A DNA stretch of 64,000 nucleotides from Octopus vulgaris (Eukaryota). Positions 50,420-63,739 of the stretch are shown piece by piece. Numbering within the stretch: position 1 is the first letter of the stretch; the number at the start of each line of letters is the position of its first letter. The notes beneath the pieces are model-generated. The model was not told where the DNA came from, searched no databases, and was given only the letters and a program-made list of their open reading frames with translations. A program made the position numbers and the translations under genes. The stretch is taken from the NCBI GenBank assembly GCA_951406725.2, contig OX597822.1:78678001-78742000 (forward strand), read 5' to 3'.

Positions 50420-51542
50420 ACTTCTTGGACACATAGTTGTTCCAAGATCCAACGGCACATTCGTGCTCCGCTTGGACAATTTTCTCCTCCAGAGGCCCGT
50501 ATTCGCCATGTCCACATTGACCTGGTTGGACCATGGCCTGTGAGTCGCGGATTCTCATTTCTTGACTTGTGTCGATCGTTTCTCCAGTTGGCCAGAAGCC
50601 GTTGCAATAGCAGACATTTCCGCTGTATCTGTTGCTCAAGCTTTTGTCTTTAACTGGATTTCCCTCTTCGGAGTTCCGTCCAGTTTAACTACTGATCGCG
50701 GACGCCAGTTTTGAAGCTTCTTTATTTCGTGAATTGTCACGAGTTCTAGGTGTGCATCATATTCGCACGACCAGTTACCATCCAGCTTCCAACGGGATGG
50801 TCGAACGATTTCATAGACAGCTCAAGCCGCACTACGTGCCTCTCCAGATCCGCAGTCCTGGATAGAATTTCTGCCAATTGTGCTTCTTGGATGTCGTACT
50901 GCTGTCAAGGCAGACCTGGGTTTCTCCTCTGCAGAGCTGCTGTATAGTACCACACTAGTATTGCCTGGTACGATGTTGGTGCCAGACATTTCACAGCTTA
51001 ATGATCCAGCGTCGTACGTCACCAGACTTCGCACCTATTTTTCTAATCTTCCGCCCATGGGTTCCAGGGACCAATCTCCACCCTCTAATGTCCCACCAGA
51101 TATTGACTCTTGGTCGCATGTTTTTGTTCGAGATGACTCTGTCAAGAGAGCTCTTGTTTCTCCTTACAAAGGACCCTTTCGTGTGCTTCCTCGCACACCT
51201 AAAGTTTTTACGATCGATATGAATGGTCGTACTGAGACCATTTCTGTAGATCGACTTAAAAGAGCCTATTTTGAGGTGTCCACATCTTTCGATGACACCG
51301 CTGCCACGCCCACCTTTGAGCCTACACGTGCGCCTTTGCCAACACCATCACCTACACATGCACCTTTGACAACATCAGCACCTACAGCACCACCTTCGTC
51401 GTCGCAACCTGCCCCGAGCAGACCCTATGTCACCAGGATTGGCCGAACTGTTCACTGGCCCAAGAAACTTGCAAAGACTATTTATGTTCGACATTCTCTA
51501 TTGTGTGTTCGACATAAGTACAAACAATGCGTATGTGTATAA
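50420..51542 (+). pseudogene. Gypsy/Ty3 integrase, frameshifted
   Basis: HVHIDLVGP, LTCVDRFSSWPEA, TTDRGRQF, TTSYHPASNGMVERFHRQLK (DDE core) and GPY/F motif SPYKGPFRVL...ISVDRLK. Confidence 0.92.
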
Positions 51543-52049
51543 TGTTTAAGAGAAAGGTTTTATTCAGGTGTTCGTATGTGTGACAATAGTGTGTGTCTGT
51601 GTATTCGTGTCTACGACACATGTAATAAAGAACAATAATATTGACAGGCCGTCAAACATACAATAATGTGTATGGGTAAACAAACAAGGTGTATGTGTGT
51701 GAGAGAAAATACAGAGCATGGAAATGAGTCTATCAGTGCGCTAGAAATAGATCAGGCACAAGTGTGAGATAAAATACAGAACAATATTAAGCTGGGCCGT
51801 TGTGCATACATAATGTGTAAGTGCGTACAAATAGGTATTCTCTTGTGTACTGAACATTTCAGTGTTTTGTTAGTGAACATTTTTTGAAAAAAAAAATGTT
51901 TTTTTTGTGCATGCTCATTTATATTGTATTTACATTGTTTTTTTAGTTGTCATATTTTGTGCCACATCTTGTGGGTAATCGGTAGCCATTTTGTTTCTGG
52001 CGTCACTACAATCTTTATATTTTCGTGCTCCGCACTCAAGGGGATGCCT

Positions 52050-52431
52050 TGTAGTGACGCCAGGTTCCAGACACCAATTTGGGATTTTCATCTACGCATG
52101 TGCAAGTATTAGTCTTCCGGAAGGCTTGTCGGAAGTCCCTTATGTGCATGTGCAGTAATCAGCAGCAGCTAGCTTTTACCGCTATTCTTCCTTTTGCTTC
52201 CTGCTGCCGACAGAATCAGGCACGATCAGACAAGTTCCGCTGAAGGCGAATACGATTTGGCAAGCTGTGAAGAATGCCTTCAACAATTGTGATTTAAACC
52301 GACTCTGCTGTTTCCACCCCTAGGCGTTGAGGCTACGGATGTCCAGAGATGAAACACTTATTTCGGCGAAAATAAATTATTATTGGTATTTGTTCGGAGA
52401 TTCGTGTTCCTGCTATTTTTTCCTTTCTACA
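52050..52431 (+). mobile_element. 3' LTR of the Gypsy element
   Basis: Purine run aagggga just upstream; TGTAG...CTACA termini; AATAAA at ~52371. Confidence 0.65.
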
Positions 52432-54784
52432 ACTATGTAAGGAAATGTGAGGCACCCAACAAGTGCCAATATCAGATCCTACTACAGAATGATTGATTTC
52501 CGACGGTTTTGTTGGTGAAATTCCTTCAAAACATATCGGAAATCAGGGGAAAAACAAATATTTCAACTTCAAAGTGAGACGGATATAAATTTCACATTCA
52601 AAAAAATATTAGTAAATCTTTTGTCCACTAATTTTCAGGCATGTGTCCAAACATTTGTCCAGCGAACACTCCTGTACTCTTTCTCTCACTCTTTCTTCCT
52701 GTTTCTGTTGTACCTGTATTTCAAAGGGTCAACCTTGTCTCACTCTGTGTTATGCTGAATCTCCCTGAGAACAACGTTAAGGGTACACGTGTCTGTGGAG
52801 TGCTCAGCCACTTGCACGTTAATTTCACGAGCAGGCTGTTCCGTTGATCGGATCAACTGGAATTCACGTCGTCGTAACCGACGGAGTGCCACAATAAAAA
52901 AGAAAGCTTAAGTACTTTGGTCACTTTGCTAATACACCCGTCACATTTTGAAGGGGCTGATTAGTCTAAAGAGCAAGTGACTTCAAACGGTTTCGATGAC
53001 CAGATTCGTTCATATCACATCAAAAACCGTGGGTAAACCATAAATTTCACCCTCCAAGTGGGGCGGATGCGATAATAAAATTTTACTTCTGCTTCTCACA
53101 AAGCACAACATAAATATAGTTAGTCTGTATTCTCTAGAATCAGCTGACCATATTGTGTCAAGTGTAGGGTAGGGTCCTAACACTTCAACATGTCTGTTAA
53201 CTGTAACTGTACACACAATGGCAAATATTGAAAATATTGTTCTGGAAGTTGGATAAAGTTTTTATTTTTAATATATCTACTATGACGTCATATTTCCATA
53301 ACTGAAACAAATATTTACTGCGCCTTCTCCGTCTATCAATCATCAAGACATCAACAGGCATAGCCTCTCTCTTGATTTCTCTCTATGATTCTCTTTTTTC
53401 TCTCTCACTGTGTGTGTTTTTGTTTCTCCGTCTCTATCTCTCCCTCTCTCCACTGTAAAACGGCTTAAAAGACTGGTGTATATTTAACATACAAAGATAT
53501 TCTGGTCTATAGTTTTTAAGATTTTCTTGTTCATACTTGTTAGCTTTTAAACTAGAGTAACATTAAAGCTGGGTCGTAGACCCAGAAACTTTCACACACT
53601 TTGTTAAGGGGTCTAATCATCAATGAGTCTACATTTTATCACCATCAAAATACAATCGAAGAATCTTTTATGCTGTCGTTTAACCTTTTAGGAAAAAAAA
53701 AAAGTATTTACACGTATATAAGATGCATTATTTTATTCTTAGTTTTAACTAGAAAAAAAAGTGCCGGAGTGCAACTGAAAAAAAAACAGAGCAAAGCTGA
53801 TACCAAGTTTGAATATGAAAGGGAAAAAAATGTACCAAGAGTTAATGCTAAATTAGTGGGTGAAAGTTTTACACAAGTAAAGTAACTATAAAATCTCTTC
53901 TTTATCGCAACTTATTCCTTTAAAAGCAAAGAACCCACTGGACAATGCAGTTGTTGATACAACATTCCTCAATAAATCACTAGAGAAATGTCATTTATCA
54001 TAGATGTCCTTGATAAGATCTGACCTTGGATTAAACGCTAAAACAACAAACAATAACAAACACGTCTTTAAATAATATGTACATGAAATATGAGAGAAAA
54101 TAATGATGTCGGAGATTATAATGTGCTAGAAAACATTCTTAGCGTTATCAAATTACTTGGAGTGATATGCTACCAAAAATGTGATCTGCCTCTCTGAAAC
54201 AACACTCTAAATATACCCTCTCTGCCGTCCCTAGAATCTTTAAATATATAACAGGAACCAGTGATGTATTGTGCTTCAACAAAAATGCTATATCCAGGAG
54301 CAAATTCCTGATAAATATCTACATTTTTCTCTACAACGAGCAACTAACAATAACTCGTTCTGGCTGTGTTAATCCCGCACAGTTATCTATAAACATTTAA
54401 TGTAAGCTAACATAAATATCTCTGATTAATATCGTAACATTTCAATATATAAAATAATCAAACATCCTTCCAGAACCATGGGCTCATTAGGCCTGTTTCT
54501 TGGATTTTGAGGTGTAAAAAAAAAATCGAATGATTATGACTGGAATATCTTTGAAGATAGATTTACTTGAGGAAAATTAATCCAAATATAATCAACAACG
54601 CATCTGGAAAATCCTTTGCACTATTTCGCCGAGATCAACTTCACTTTTCATTCTTTCAGTGTCGATAAAATAAAGTACCAGTCAAGTAATATAATCGACT
54701 AACCTCACTACACCTCTACACTGTCCATATCTAAGCTTGCCCCATTCACAGCATATTGTTTCATAGTTATGTTTCACACCATTT

Positions 54785-55175
54785 CTTACTACCGAAGGGT
54801 CTTGGCCCTGAGGCAATATGATGGCTTGTGTGCCCCAAGGACCCTGGGAGTAATACCAATAGAGCATAAGCTCCTGGAAGGGCCTCTGATGATGGATAGG
54901 TCAAAGGATAAAGGTCAGAGGTAAGAATGGGTTTGCGTAGAGTCAATATCTCTACCCAGAAAAAAATCATAGTTACGGAAGCATTGATGACAATTCAAAA
55001 CCAAGACCTGGAGGAGGAAGGCCTTTCCCCGGGGAAAAGGAGAGGAGGGTACAGGTAGCGCAGGCGAAAATCAGGGATCCAACTGGAGAAAAGAAGAAAA
55101 GACAGCTCTAAGTCGGGAACAGTTTAGAGAGGACGTCGATGGCCGATGTTCTATAGTGAGTGAAGGACTGCAATT
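54785..55175 (+). mobile_element. Internally deleted RTE-like element (5'UTR-like part joined to 3'-end-like part)
   Basis: gctcctggaaggg...aggtcaaagg...aaaaaatcatagttacggaagc resembles RTE 5'UTRs; the 3' part resembles an RTE ORF end. Recognised from family pattern only. Confidence 0.4.
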
Positions 55176-56190
55176 AATAATTACTCCGGCACAGCTCAAG
55201 TCTTGAGTAGTTGTAAAGCATTTAATACTAGAAATACAAACACCTGAACAAAATAAATTATCAGAGAGAGAGAGAGAGAGAGAGAGAGCATATACAGAAA
55301 GCTAGACAAGTCGTGTAGCTATTTTAATGGTATTGTTATGAATGGTTCAATTTAAGGACAGTTGGTTGCGACCTACTTTTGGAATAAATCCATTGTCCTG
55401 TCAGATTCAGGTGGATTGATTAGTTCTGGGGAGACCTGCGACCCTTACAGGTGAAAGAAAGTTCGTTGAAAAACACCCCTTAAAAAGGAGGAACTGTGAG
55501 CTGTAAACACAGTCGGCCGGCAGCTCTACACAGTTGGGGACAGAGCGAGTTAGTGACAGGTAGTTTCTGCGATGACAGTGAACGTGAAAGAGGAAGACAG
55601 ACAGGGAATCTGAGGAGCTGACAAGCGATAGAATGATAGAGAATGTGAAAGAGGAAGACAGGCAGAGAGTATTACAGAGCTAAGAGAGTGGGACTACGGT
55701 ATGAGGGCACTTGGCTGTTGTTGACGGTATATGTTTAATTATGTTTTGATATGTGAAAAAAGAAGGAAAAAGAATTAATGTGTTGGAAAAAAAGAGAAAG
55801 AAGGAGAGAGGAAAAAGAAAGAACTGTTAAAGAAAGAAGGAGAAAGACTCTAATGTATTGAACTGTATCGTTAATGTGAACGTTATTTGTTTTAATTGGA
55901 TTTGAACTGTTGTCTCTGAACTGTATATTGCATCTGCATGCTGTTGATTCTGTTGCTTGTATTTACTATGATGTACCTGATGTATCACATTGTATTTGTT
56001 GTAATATTTGTATAAACTGTTGTTAAATGTAGCCAATTGCCTTCCGCCGTCTCTCTCTGTATCTCTTCCTGTTTGTTGTTGTCGTTATATCTCTGGTCGC
56101 CGGTTGTCGTGTTCGCCGATGCCATCCCCACCGGGTCCTCTCTGTGTGGCGAATTCTCCGTTAGACTGAGCGAGGGTGGTCCGTAACAAC

Positions 56191-56208
56191 TGGTGTCAGA
56201 AGTGGGAT
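56191..56208 (+). promoter_or_regulatory. Primer-binding site complementary to tRNA-Leu 3' end
   Basis: TGGTGTCAGAAGTGGGAT, 2 nt after the 5' LTR; complement of ...AUCCCACUUCUGACACCA. Confidence 0.85.
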
Positions 56209-56242
56209 TGTCCTGATTGCTGCGGTCGATCGGCTGTTCGCT

Positions 56243-57478
56243 ATGGGTTCGATGGAGGCACGAGCTGGCAGCCAGACTGGAGAGGAAGAGATCTCGCTTG
56301 CCTTGATTGTAGAGATGTTGAGGGGCCAGATGACGCAGACAAACACATTCTTGGAAAGGATGGACAAGAGGCGACAGGGCCTGTGGGCAGATCAGGAAGA
56401 GCCTGAGGTTATGGATGGGTCAGCCCTGGAGGATCAGTGTTGGACCGGGGATAAGAGTGGTCATGTGGGCGGAGATTGCCCATCAAGTGAAGTGGATAGT
56501 GAAGAGTGTGGGTTGGAAGAACCCCGTGTTGCGGAAACTGAGGCGAATGCTGCTAAGTCTGATGTGGAGAAGCCTGAAAAGCCTGCTGAATGTGTGTTGT
56601 CTGCTGCTGTTGTTCCGTGTATGGAGCCTTTGGCATCTCGACCCCTGTCCTCCGGAACTCAGGACGAAGAGCTGGTGAAGTCTGGAGCTGATGTCGCTGA
56701 GTCCGAAGAGCCGGCTGTGTGTGGGGTGGTCGCTGCGGTTGATGTGCCGTGTGTGAGTCCTTTGGTGTCTGAGCCCCTGTCTCTTGGCGCTCAAGAGGAC
56801 TGTCGGACGAACTTGCATGTTGTGAAGCCTTCGGTGCAGAAGCTGGTGAGGAAGAGGACCAAGCCTGGTGACGAGGCGAGACGGCTGCGAACGGTGGTAG
56901 GTCTACCAAGACCAGGAAGACTGCTCCAGTGTTGGGTGAGCTTTGTGTTTGATGGTTGTTTGGGGCTGGTGGAGCCCGACAGGCAGTGCCTAGTGAAAGC
57001 CCAAGTGAGGGTCGGCTGGACCCTGGTAGAGGCAGAAGTTGACAGAGCGCTGGTTGGGTCGGCCGATTTATTGAAGGCTGCGCAGGCGATTTGTAGAGGG
57101 CAAATCGTGGAACTGCGCCAGACGGTGAACCAGCGGCAGGGCCAGTTCTGCCAATACAGTGAGGCAGTTGGAGATGGTGGTCTACCTGTGCAGTTGCGGA
57201 GGCGGTCTACAGGGAGTCGCCGGTGCTTGGTTGGCACTCGGGTGTTGGTGGAAAACGCAGAACGTTTCATCGACCCGGGCGGTCGTCGCTCGAGGAGGCA
57301 GCGGGGCCGGAGGATGGTCCCAGTACGGCAGCGAAAGAAGAGATATCGGCGACAGGGAACAGTGAAAGGGCGAAACGGTCCCTGGTCGTCGGCCTTAGTT
57401 GTGCAGAATGGAGACGGCACAGCAAGGTGCTACGTGGGGTATAGAGCCCTGAGGAAGGTGGCCACTGTGAAGGATTAG
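56243..57478 (+). CDS. 411-aa ORF of the LTR element: degenerate Gag zinc knuckle, internal duplication, Arg-rich segment, RT N-terminal relic
   Basis: CWTGDKSGHVGGDC (broken CCHC); C-terminal GPWSSALVVQNGDGTARCYVGYRALRKVATVKD resembles Gypsy SPWSSP.V.V.KKDG..R.CVDYR.LN..T.KD. Confidence 0.7.
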   Translation: MGSMEARAGSQTGEEEISLALIVEMLRGQMTQTNTFLERMDKRRQGLWADQEEPEVMDGSALEDQCWTGDKSGHVGGDCPSSEVDSEECGLEEPRVAETEANAAKSDVEKPEKPAECVLSAAVVPCMEPLASRPLSSGTQDEELVKSGADVAESEEPAVCGVVAAVDVPCVSPLVSEPLSLGAQEDCRTNLHVVKPSVQKLVRKRTKPGDEARRLRTVVGLPRPGRLLQCWVSFVFDGCLGLVEPDRQCLVKAQVRVGWTLVEAEVDRALVGSADLLKAAQAICRGQIVELRQTVNQRQGQFCQYSEAVGDGGLPVQLRRRSTGSRRCLVGTRVLVENAERFIDPGGRRSRRQRGRRMVPVRQRKKRYRRQGTVKGRNGPWSSALVVQNGDGTARCYVGYRALRKVATVKD

Positions 57479-59465
57479 CCGGACCCTGCTTGTGTGAGGG
57501 ATTTAAGGAACTCCCCCAGACGGTGCGCCCATTGTAGGCGGCTCGTAGGAGGTCTCGCAGCCTTGGCGGAGATGTTACCCAAGCCGCAGAGGGAAGATGC
57601 CAACTTGTGGCCGGTGGTGAAGTGGTGGCCGTGGCAGGCGAGACCCCCGGAGGAGAAACTACCCAAGGACACCTCCAGTTCCTGGAACATCTTATGGAGC
57701 TCGCCCTCGGAGGTACGAGTTTAGTGTGCTTTTGTCGGGTCGACAAAGCTTAGGTAGGAGATAGTGTTATGAATGGTTCAATTTAAGGACAGTTGGTTGC
57801 GACCTACTTTTGGAGGAACTGTGAGCTGTAAACACAGTCGGCCGGCAGCTCTACACAGTTGGGGACAGAGCGAGTTAGTGACAGGTAGTTTCTGCGATGA
57901 CAGTGAACGTGAAAGAGGAAGACAGACAGGGAATCTGAGGAGCTGACAAGCGATAGAATGATAGAGAATGTGAAAGAGGAAGACAGGCAGAGAGTATTAC
58001 AGAGCTAAGAGAGAGGGACTACGGTATGAAGGCACTTGGCTGTTGTTGACGGTATATGTTTAATTATGTTTTGATATGTGAAAAAAAGAAGGAAAAAGAA
58101 TTAATGTGTTGGAAAAAAAGAGAAAGAAGGAGAGAGGAAAAAGAAAGAACTGTTAAAGAAAGAAGGAGAAAGACTCTAATGTATTGAACTGTATCGTTAA
58201 TGTGAACGTTATTTGTTTTAATTGGATTTGAACTGTTGTCTCTGAACTGTATATTGCATTTGCATGCTGTTGATTCTGTTGCTTGTGTTTACTTTGATGT
58301 ACCTGATGTATCACATTGTATTTGTTGTAATATTTGTATAAACTGTTGTTAAATGTAGCCAATTGCCTTCCGCCGTCTCTCTCTGTATCTCTTCCTGTTT
58401 GTTGTTGTCGTTATATCTCTGGTCGCCGGTTGTCGTGTTCGTCGCTGCCATCCCCACCGGGTCCTCTCTGTGTGACGAATTCTCCGTTCGACTGAGCGAG
58501 GGTGGTCCGTAACAGTATATTAAGCTGTACCCTATCCTGCCCATCACGCCATTGCAGTAACACATTTCTGCACATCTACATTGTCAAATCACAAACTTAA
58601 AAGAAAAAGAAAAATGGGTCAAGAATGAAATAGATAAAGGAAGTATATTATAATATTGGTGTAATCTGAAATGTCAGAAAAGACAGGTTGGTCATAGTTG
58701 AAACACATGTGAAGATAAATAGATAAATAAATAAAGGAATGAATGAAGGAAGGACGGAAGAAATGAAGCTTATATTGTTTATTGTTGCATGAGACAGAAT
58801 GTGTGTGGAAAGACGGGATCGCCCATAGCTATCCCATCACGAGCTTCACAACAATAACAACAAAATGACTTTATCATTATCGCTGGTCACGTTTTACAAT
58901 TATCGAATTAAAACTATCCTCAGAGTTGGAACCACTTCTTGATTTGCTTTGTTTCGTTTTTTTATTTTTATTTTTTTCATCGTGAGTACAACGTCAAGAT
59001 ATGATTGGTCTGTTTTAAAACATTTCAAATTAAAAGTACAAACTATCTTATGACAATGATCACAAATTACACCCGGTGCACTCCACAGCCCAAGAGCTTG
59101 TCTTTCATTACAAAATTACATAACATCAGAGACTGTACGCTTAATGGACACACTCATATGTAGACATATTTTAGACTGCATATAACGATTATACCGACAT
59201 CACCATTATCACCACCATCCTCATCATTTAACGTCCACTATTCCATGCTTGCATAGATCAGACGGAATTTGTTAAGGTAGATTTTCGTCAAACCCTCACT
59301 TTCCATGCGAGGTAATATTTCTCCTGTGGCCAGACATATTCTTCACAGAAGACTAGATACCTCGCTTGTATGACGATAATACTTATTTACGACCATCACG
59401 TTGTATTTTGGCAAGGGAACACACAAACACATACACTGACACGCTTATACATTTATGTGTGTGTT

Positions 59466-59510
<45 letters not shown>

Positions 59511-61039
59511 CACAAAAACAGCAAACAGAAGCAACGTAATTATTTTAGTCTCGAGTACTTATGAAAAATTTGCTCAAAAATTATAATAGAGTATCCTGTA
59601 TGTTGGAAATCTATATGGTTGTCTGCTTCCGAGGAGAGCGGTTTATTTCAAATTGATGTAATGTTTTCATTGATCGATTAAATTGAGCCGCTTGAAACGG
59701 CCGTAATGCACTGATACCTGAACATCCTTGATACTTATTTGCTTTTTATTCGCCTAACTTCGAGCTGTGCGCACCATACCGGACTGACTTGGTGTCTCAA
59801 CTTAAAGTACCTAATTGAAATGAATCTTAATTATTTCTGTATACATACGCGCGCGCGTATGTATGTATGTATGTATGTATGTATGTATGTATGTATGTAT
59901 GTATGTATGTATGTATGTATGTATGTATGTATGTGTGTGTGTATGTATGTAAACGACGAGCTTCTTTCAGTTTCTATCTACCAAATTCACTCAAAGGACT
60001 TTGGTCGCCAAGGGCTATAATAGAAAACACTTGCCCGAGGTGTCGCTCAGTAGGACTGAACCCCAGATGTAAGCTTTTTTTACCACACAGCTCTTATCTC
60101 AATTTTTTCCCTTATTCTGTTCATCCCCAAACTACTTCTCTACACTGGCCAATTCTTTGATAACATTACTCAAAGTTGATGAGTCATTTCCATCGCAAGT
60201 AGATAGGTGAGATTTTCGGGTGTCAATATGGTCTATAAAATATTTAACTTCAAATGCTTTATTCACATATACCTGTTTCTTCTCTTACATTTCGTTCTGG
60301 CACTCGAACAGGATTGCTGTCCATCTCGATAAATTAAGTACCAGGTGCGTACTGGGCTCAGTCTAATCGACTGCCCTCTCCAACACACATACACAAAATT
60401 TCAGGCCTTGTTCCTACAGCAGAAAGGATTAAGAGTTTTATCTGTTTCGATTTCCACTCTCTTAATCGAATTATTTCACATCTCCTTAAGTTTCTAAATT
60501 CTAATGACGATTCAATCTTTGATTTTCATCTGCAGATCTCATTCACAGATAGCTTTAACATCACTCATCACACAAGCACACCTTCCACCACCAGACAACT
60601 TGAAAAACGCCTGTCAATTGTGACTTAACAACTAAGTTTCATTCATCAACGACTAAACATAGATTCTGCGCATCTTAAGAAACTTTTCCATCATACTTAG
60701 TATACATACATGACGTTAATGTGGGTCACTCGACCTGCCAGAGATTGTTGCTTCAAGTCTCCCAAGTCACAACCTATTGATTCGAATAAATTAAGGATGA
60801 ATGTATTTGTTCGTTAGCTGAAATAAATAATATCTAAGAAAACGGGGTAGTCTTGGTTGGAATAACTTTATGGTCTTCTCGATCAGGTTTTTATTTGTGG
60901 CTAGACAACTTCGTTCAAAGTGTGTCATGAAACCTGGATTGACAAGGAGGTCCAAAATTTAGATGATATAAAAATATTTCACTCAAGTATTATAATGATC
61001 TGAACTAGATAGCTGGTCGCAAAAGAAGCACACACACTC

Positions 61040-61311
61040 TCCCTCACTTTACACACACACACACACTCACTCTCTTTGGCACACACGCAAAAACACACAC
61101 TCACATACACATATACATTCATGTATATGTATATATTATGTATACGTATATATATATATATGTGTGTGTGTGTATAAACATGCATGTATACATATAAGTA
61201 TATGTGTATGCATATACGTGTATACATGTACGCACACACATACACATATATATATGTGTGTGTGTATGGATATATATATATATATATATGCACATACACA
61301 TATATGTATAC

Positions 61312-61348
<37 letters not shown>

Positions 61349-61520
61349 TGTGTATGTGTATATATATGTACATATGAGTGTGTATGTATATGTATGTATA
61401 TATGCATACACACATATATGTAAACATGTGTATATATATATATACATATACATAAACACACACACACACACATACATACATGCATGCATACATTCATACA
61501 TACATACATACATACATACA
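61040..61520. repeat. Compound (CA)/(TA)/(TG)/(CATA) microsatellite block; similar blocks at ~3590-3690, 30220-30490, 59455-59510, 59840-59950
   Basis: Direct inspection. Confidence 0.95.
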
Positions 61521-63433
61521 ATAATGATGTTTTGAGCTATCCATTTTTCGTTGTTTTTTTCTTTCTTTTTTTGGAGTTTTTTTGTTTACTATTTTGACTT
61601 CAGCAAATAGGTTTTACGGTATTTGTATACATATCTGTAGCTGGCTGAAGCGAGTCGTTGTAGTGGTGGAGGAATGTGTGACCCTGACGAGCAGAAATGA
61701 CCAAGAAATATCAGTATTTGTCGCTCTCTTTCAAATCTGGGGCGATTACGTTTCGCCTAATCTTGAGTTATGCTGTGTTTTTAACACGATACGTCGTTAT
61801 AACAGTCTTCCGCTGGACGAAACACTGTAGCTTTGTATTGGTTAATGATAATACTTACATTATTAAGCTGTTTTCTTTTTCTTTTCCGGTTTTTCAACCT
61901 ACCACCTTTTATATCTACTTATACTCACCTTTTCTCCTTTTTTCTCTCATCCTATCGTCTTGTTTTAGCGTGTTATGCTATATGGGCACAGCCCGAGGAT
62001 TGCGTGAAGTCACCAGACGTGTTAAAAATGCAGTATGAGATGTTTTCATCACACGAAACTATAAGTAGCTCATGAAAATATGTATTGTGTTTATCTAATA
62101 ATATTTATCTCTCAAAAGATGGAGTACTTTTTTGTTGATCTTACCATCACGGAACAGTACACTGTGTGTGTGTGGGGGGGGGGGGTATACAAGCGCACGG
62201 AAACTCACACACATTGGAAAATTCAAAATTTAATGGATTTTGCTATCGTTACTTTAAACACAATTTACTTTCACTTTTTTACGATACAAAGCTGCATGTT
62301 AAATCATTATCTATTATGACCTTACAATTTTTAAGATCGTGGGTTTCGTTGCAAGGATATTTGACTGCTGCTATTTGTAACATGTCGAACGACTCGAGCC
62401 ATTTTCTTTAGAAATGCTTGTTATCCTCTGCAGGAAAGGAAACGATAATTCAAACTGATGAATGTGTTCTATTCGTAGTTACCTCCCTGAAATCGTCCCC
62501 GGATTTGTTTTCTCTCTCTCTTTCTTTCTTTCTTTCTTTTTTCTTTCCTGTATCTTCACATTTTCAAAACATTTTGATTGCTCCTTATCACGGCGAAGAA
62601 AACATTACATTAAATCCTGTGCTAACTACGACAACAAATAAAAACTTTATGTAGCTACTGAATCTGCTAAGAATCGCAACTAGAATTCTCTTATATCAGA
62701 CCATAGTACCTCAAATACGGAAATAGCATATTGGGTATAGCCTTCGGAAAAAAGATCTGTTAGTCAAAGCTGGGATTGCTCTGGTTATACAATGTTCTTC
62801 AAACTGATTCTAAAAGACGGAAAAAAGAATATCAATTTTGTAAATAATTGTCGTCAGCCTTTACATCGAGTATTATCATGTCTTTTTCTGAAACACTTAA
62901 TATACATTGTCTATATTCCCTCGTTCAGAACAGTGCGTGTCTCTCACCCTTGGACAAATAATTTTGCAGGGAATCAGCAACAAATTGCTCTTCAATCCCG
63001 CTATAGAAACCCTGAACCAAGAGAAATTATTTAATCGTGGTCAATGACATGTATTTGAAAAACATGGACAGATACAGCTGCATCAAATACCATACAAAAT
63101 AAATGCTTGATTTACTAATCTTATCTTGCTCTTTAATTGCCATTTGGTAATTATAACACATCCCCAAGAGGCAGAGATAATTTTAAGAAATCAAGAATTT
63201 ATGTTGCATGGATGATATTTGACAGTATTAATCGCGGACAACTTTTTCGAGAAGCGGGCAGCACTGCTAAAAAAATTCAAGCTAAGTTTTCATTAGGCGT
63301 ACCATTCAGAAAACCGAGCGGGCCACAGGTTGTTCATGACCAGTATATATAGTAAATCTATCCAATAATCTCTACATACAAGTATAGGGTCTATAACTGT
63401 CAGTTGGCAATGAGTTAATACTTCTAATGGCAC

Positions 63434-63517
63434 AGGTAAAGAATACGCACGCCACCCGTTTTCGGCACTTAGGGTTAGGGTTATGCCGAAAACAGGTGGC
63501 GTGCATATTCTTTACCT
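63434..63517. mobile_element. 84-bp hairpin with TTAGGG repeats in the loop
   Basis: 34-bp arms (2 mismatches) around CTTAGGGTTAGGGTTA. Confidence 0.8.
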
Positions 63518-63632
63518 CCGCCCTTCTAATATAGCTAGTAACATGTGTCCATAGATATGTAATGTTATCGTTATTTCTTATAGTGAACATACTCTTATGA
63601 CAACGAGACAAAGATGGAGTCTGTGCACATTG

Positions 63633-63668
63633 TCAACTGGGGAACTTACAAGTTCTTACAAACTGCAT
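63633..63668 (-). CDS. Candidate short terminal exon MQFVRTCKFPS* (or a 19-nt internal exon using the gtaagt donor at 63649)
   Basis: Follows the tttttttttccag acceptor; phase 0 with the upstream exon. Confidence 0.3.
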   Translation of the reverse strand: MQFVRTCKFPS

Positions 63669-63739
63669 CTGGAAAAAAAAAATGGAAAGAAACATTAAAT
63701 ATTAATCCTAAAAATATGCGACCGTCACGGCAAAAATAC

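Larger units (their letters stand above)
55334..58514 (+). mobile_element. Young non-autonomous Gypsy-derived LTR retroelement (3.18 kb)
   Basis: 5' LTR 55334-56188 and 3' LTR 57765-58514, both TGTTA...TAACA; 4-bp TSD GTAT; PBS at 56191-56208; PPT aggtaggagatag at 57752-57764. Confidence 0.95.

Noticed and set aside
55827-58565. Duplicated minus-strand 69-aa ORFs and antisense ORFs 56483-57746
   Set aside because: LTR-internal or shadow frames of the GC-rich LTR element ORF.
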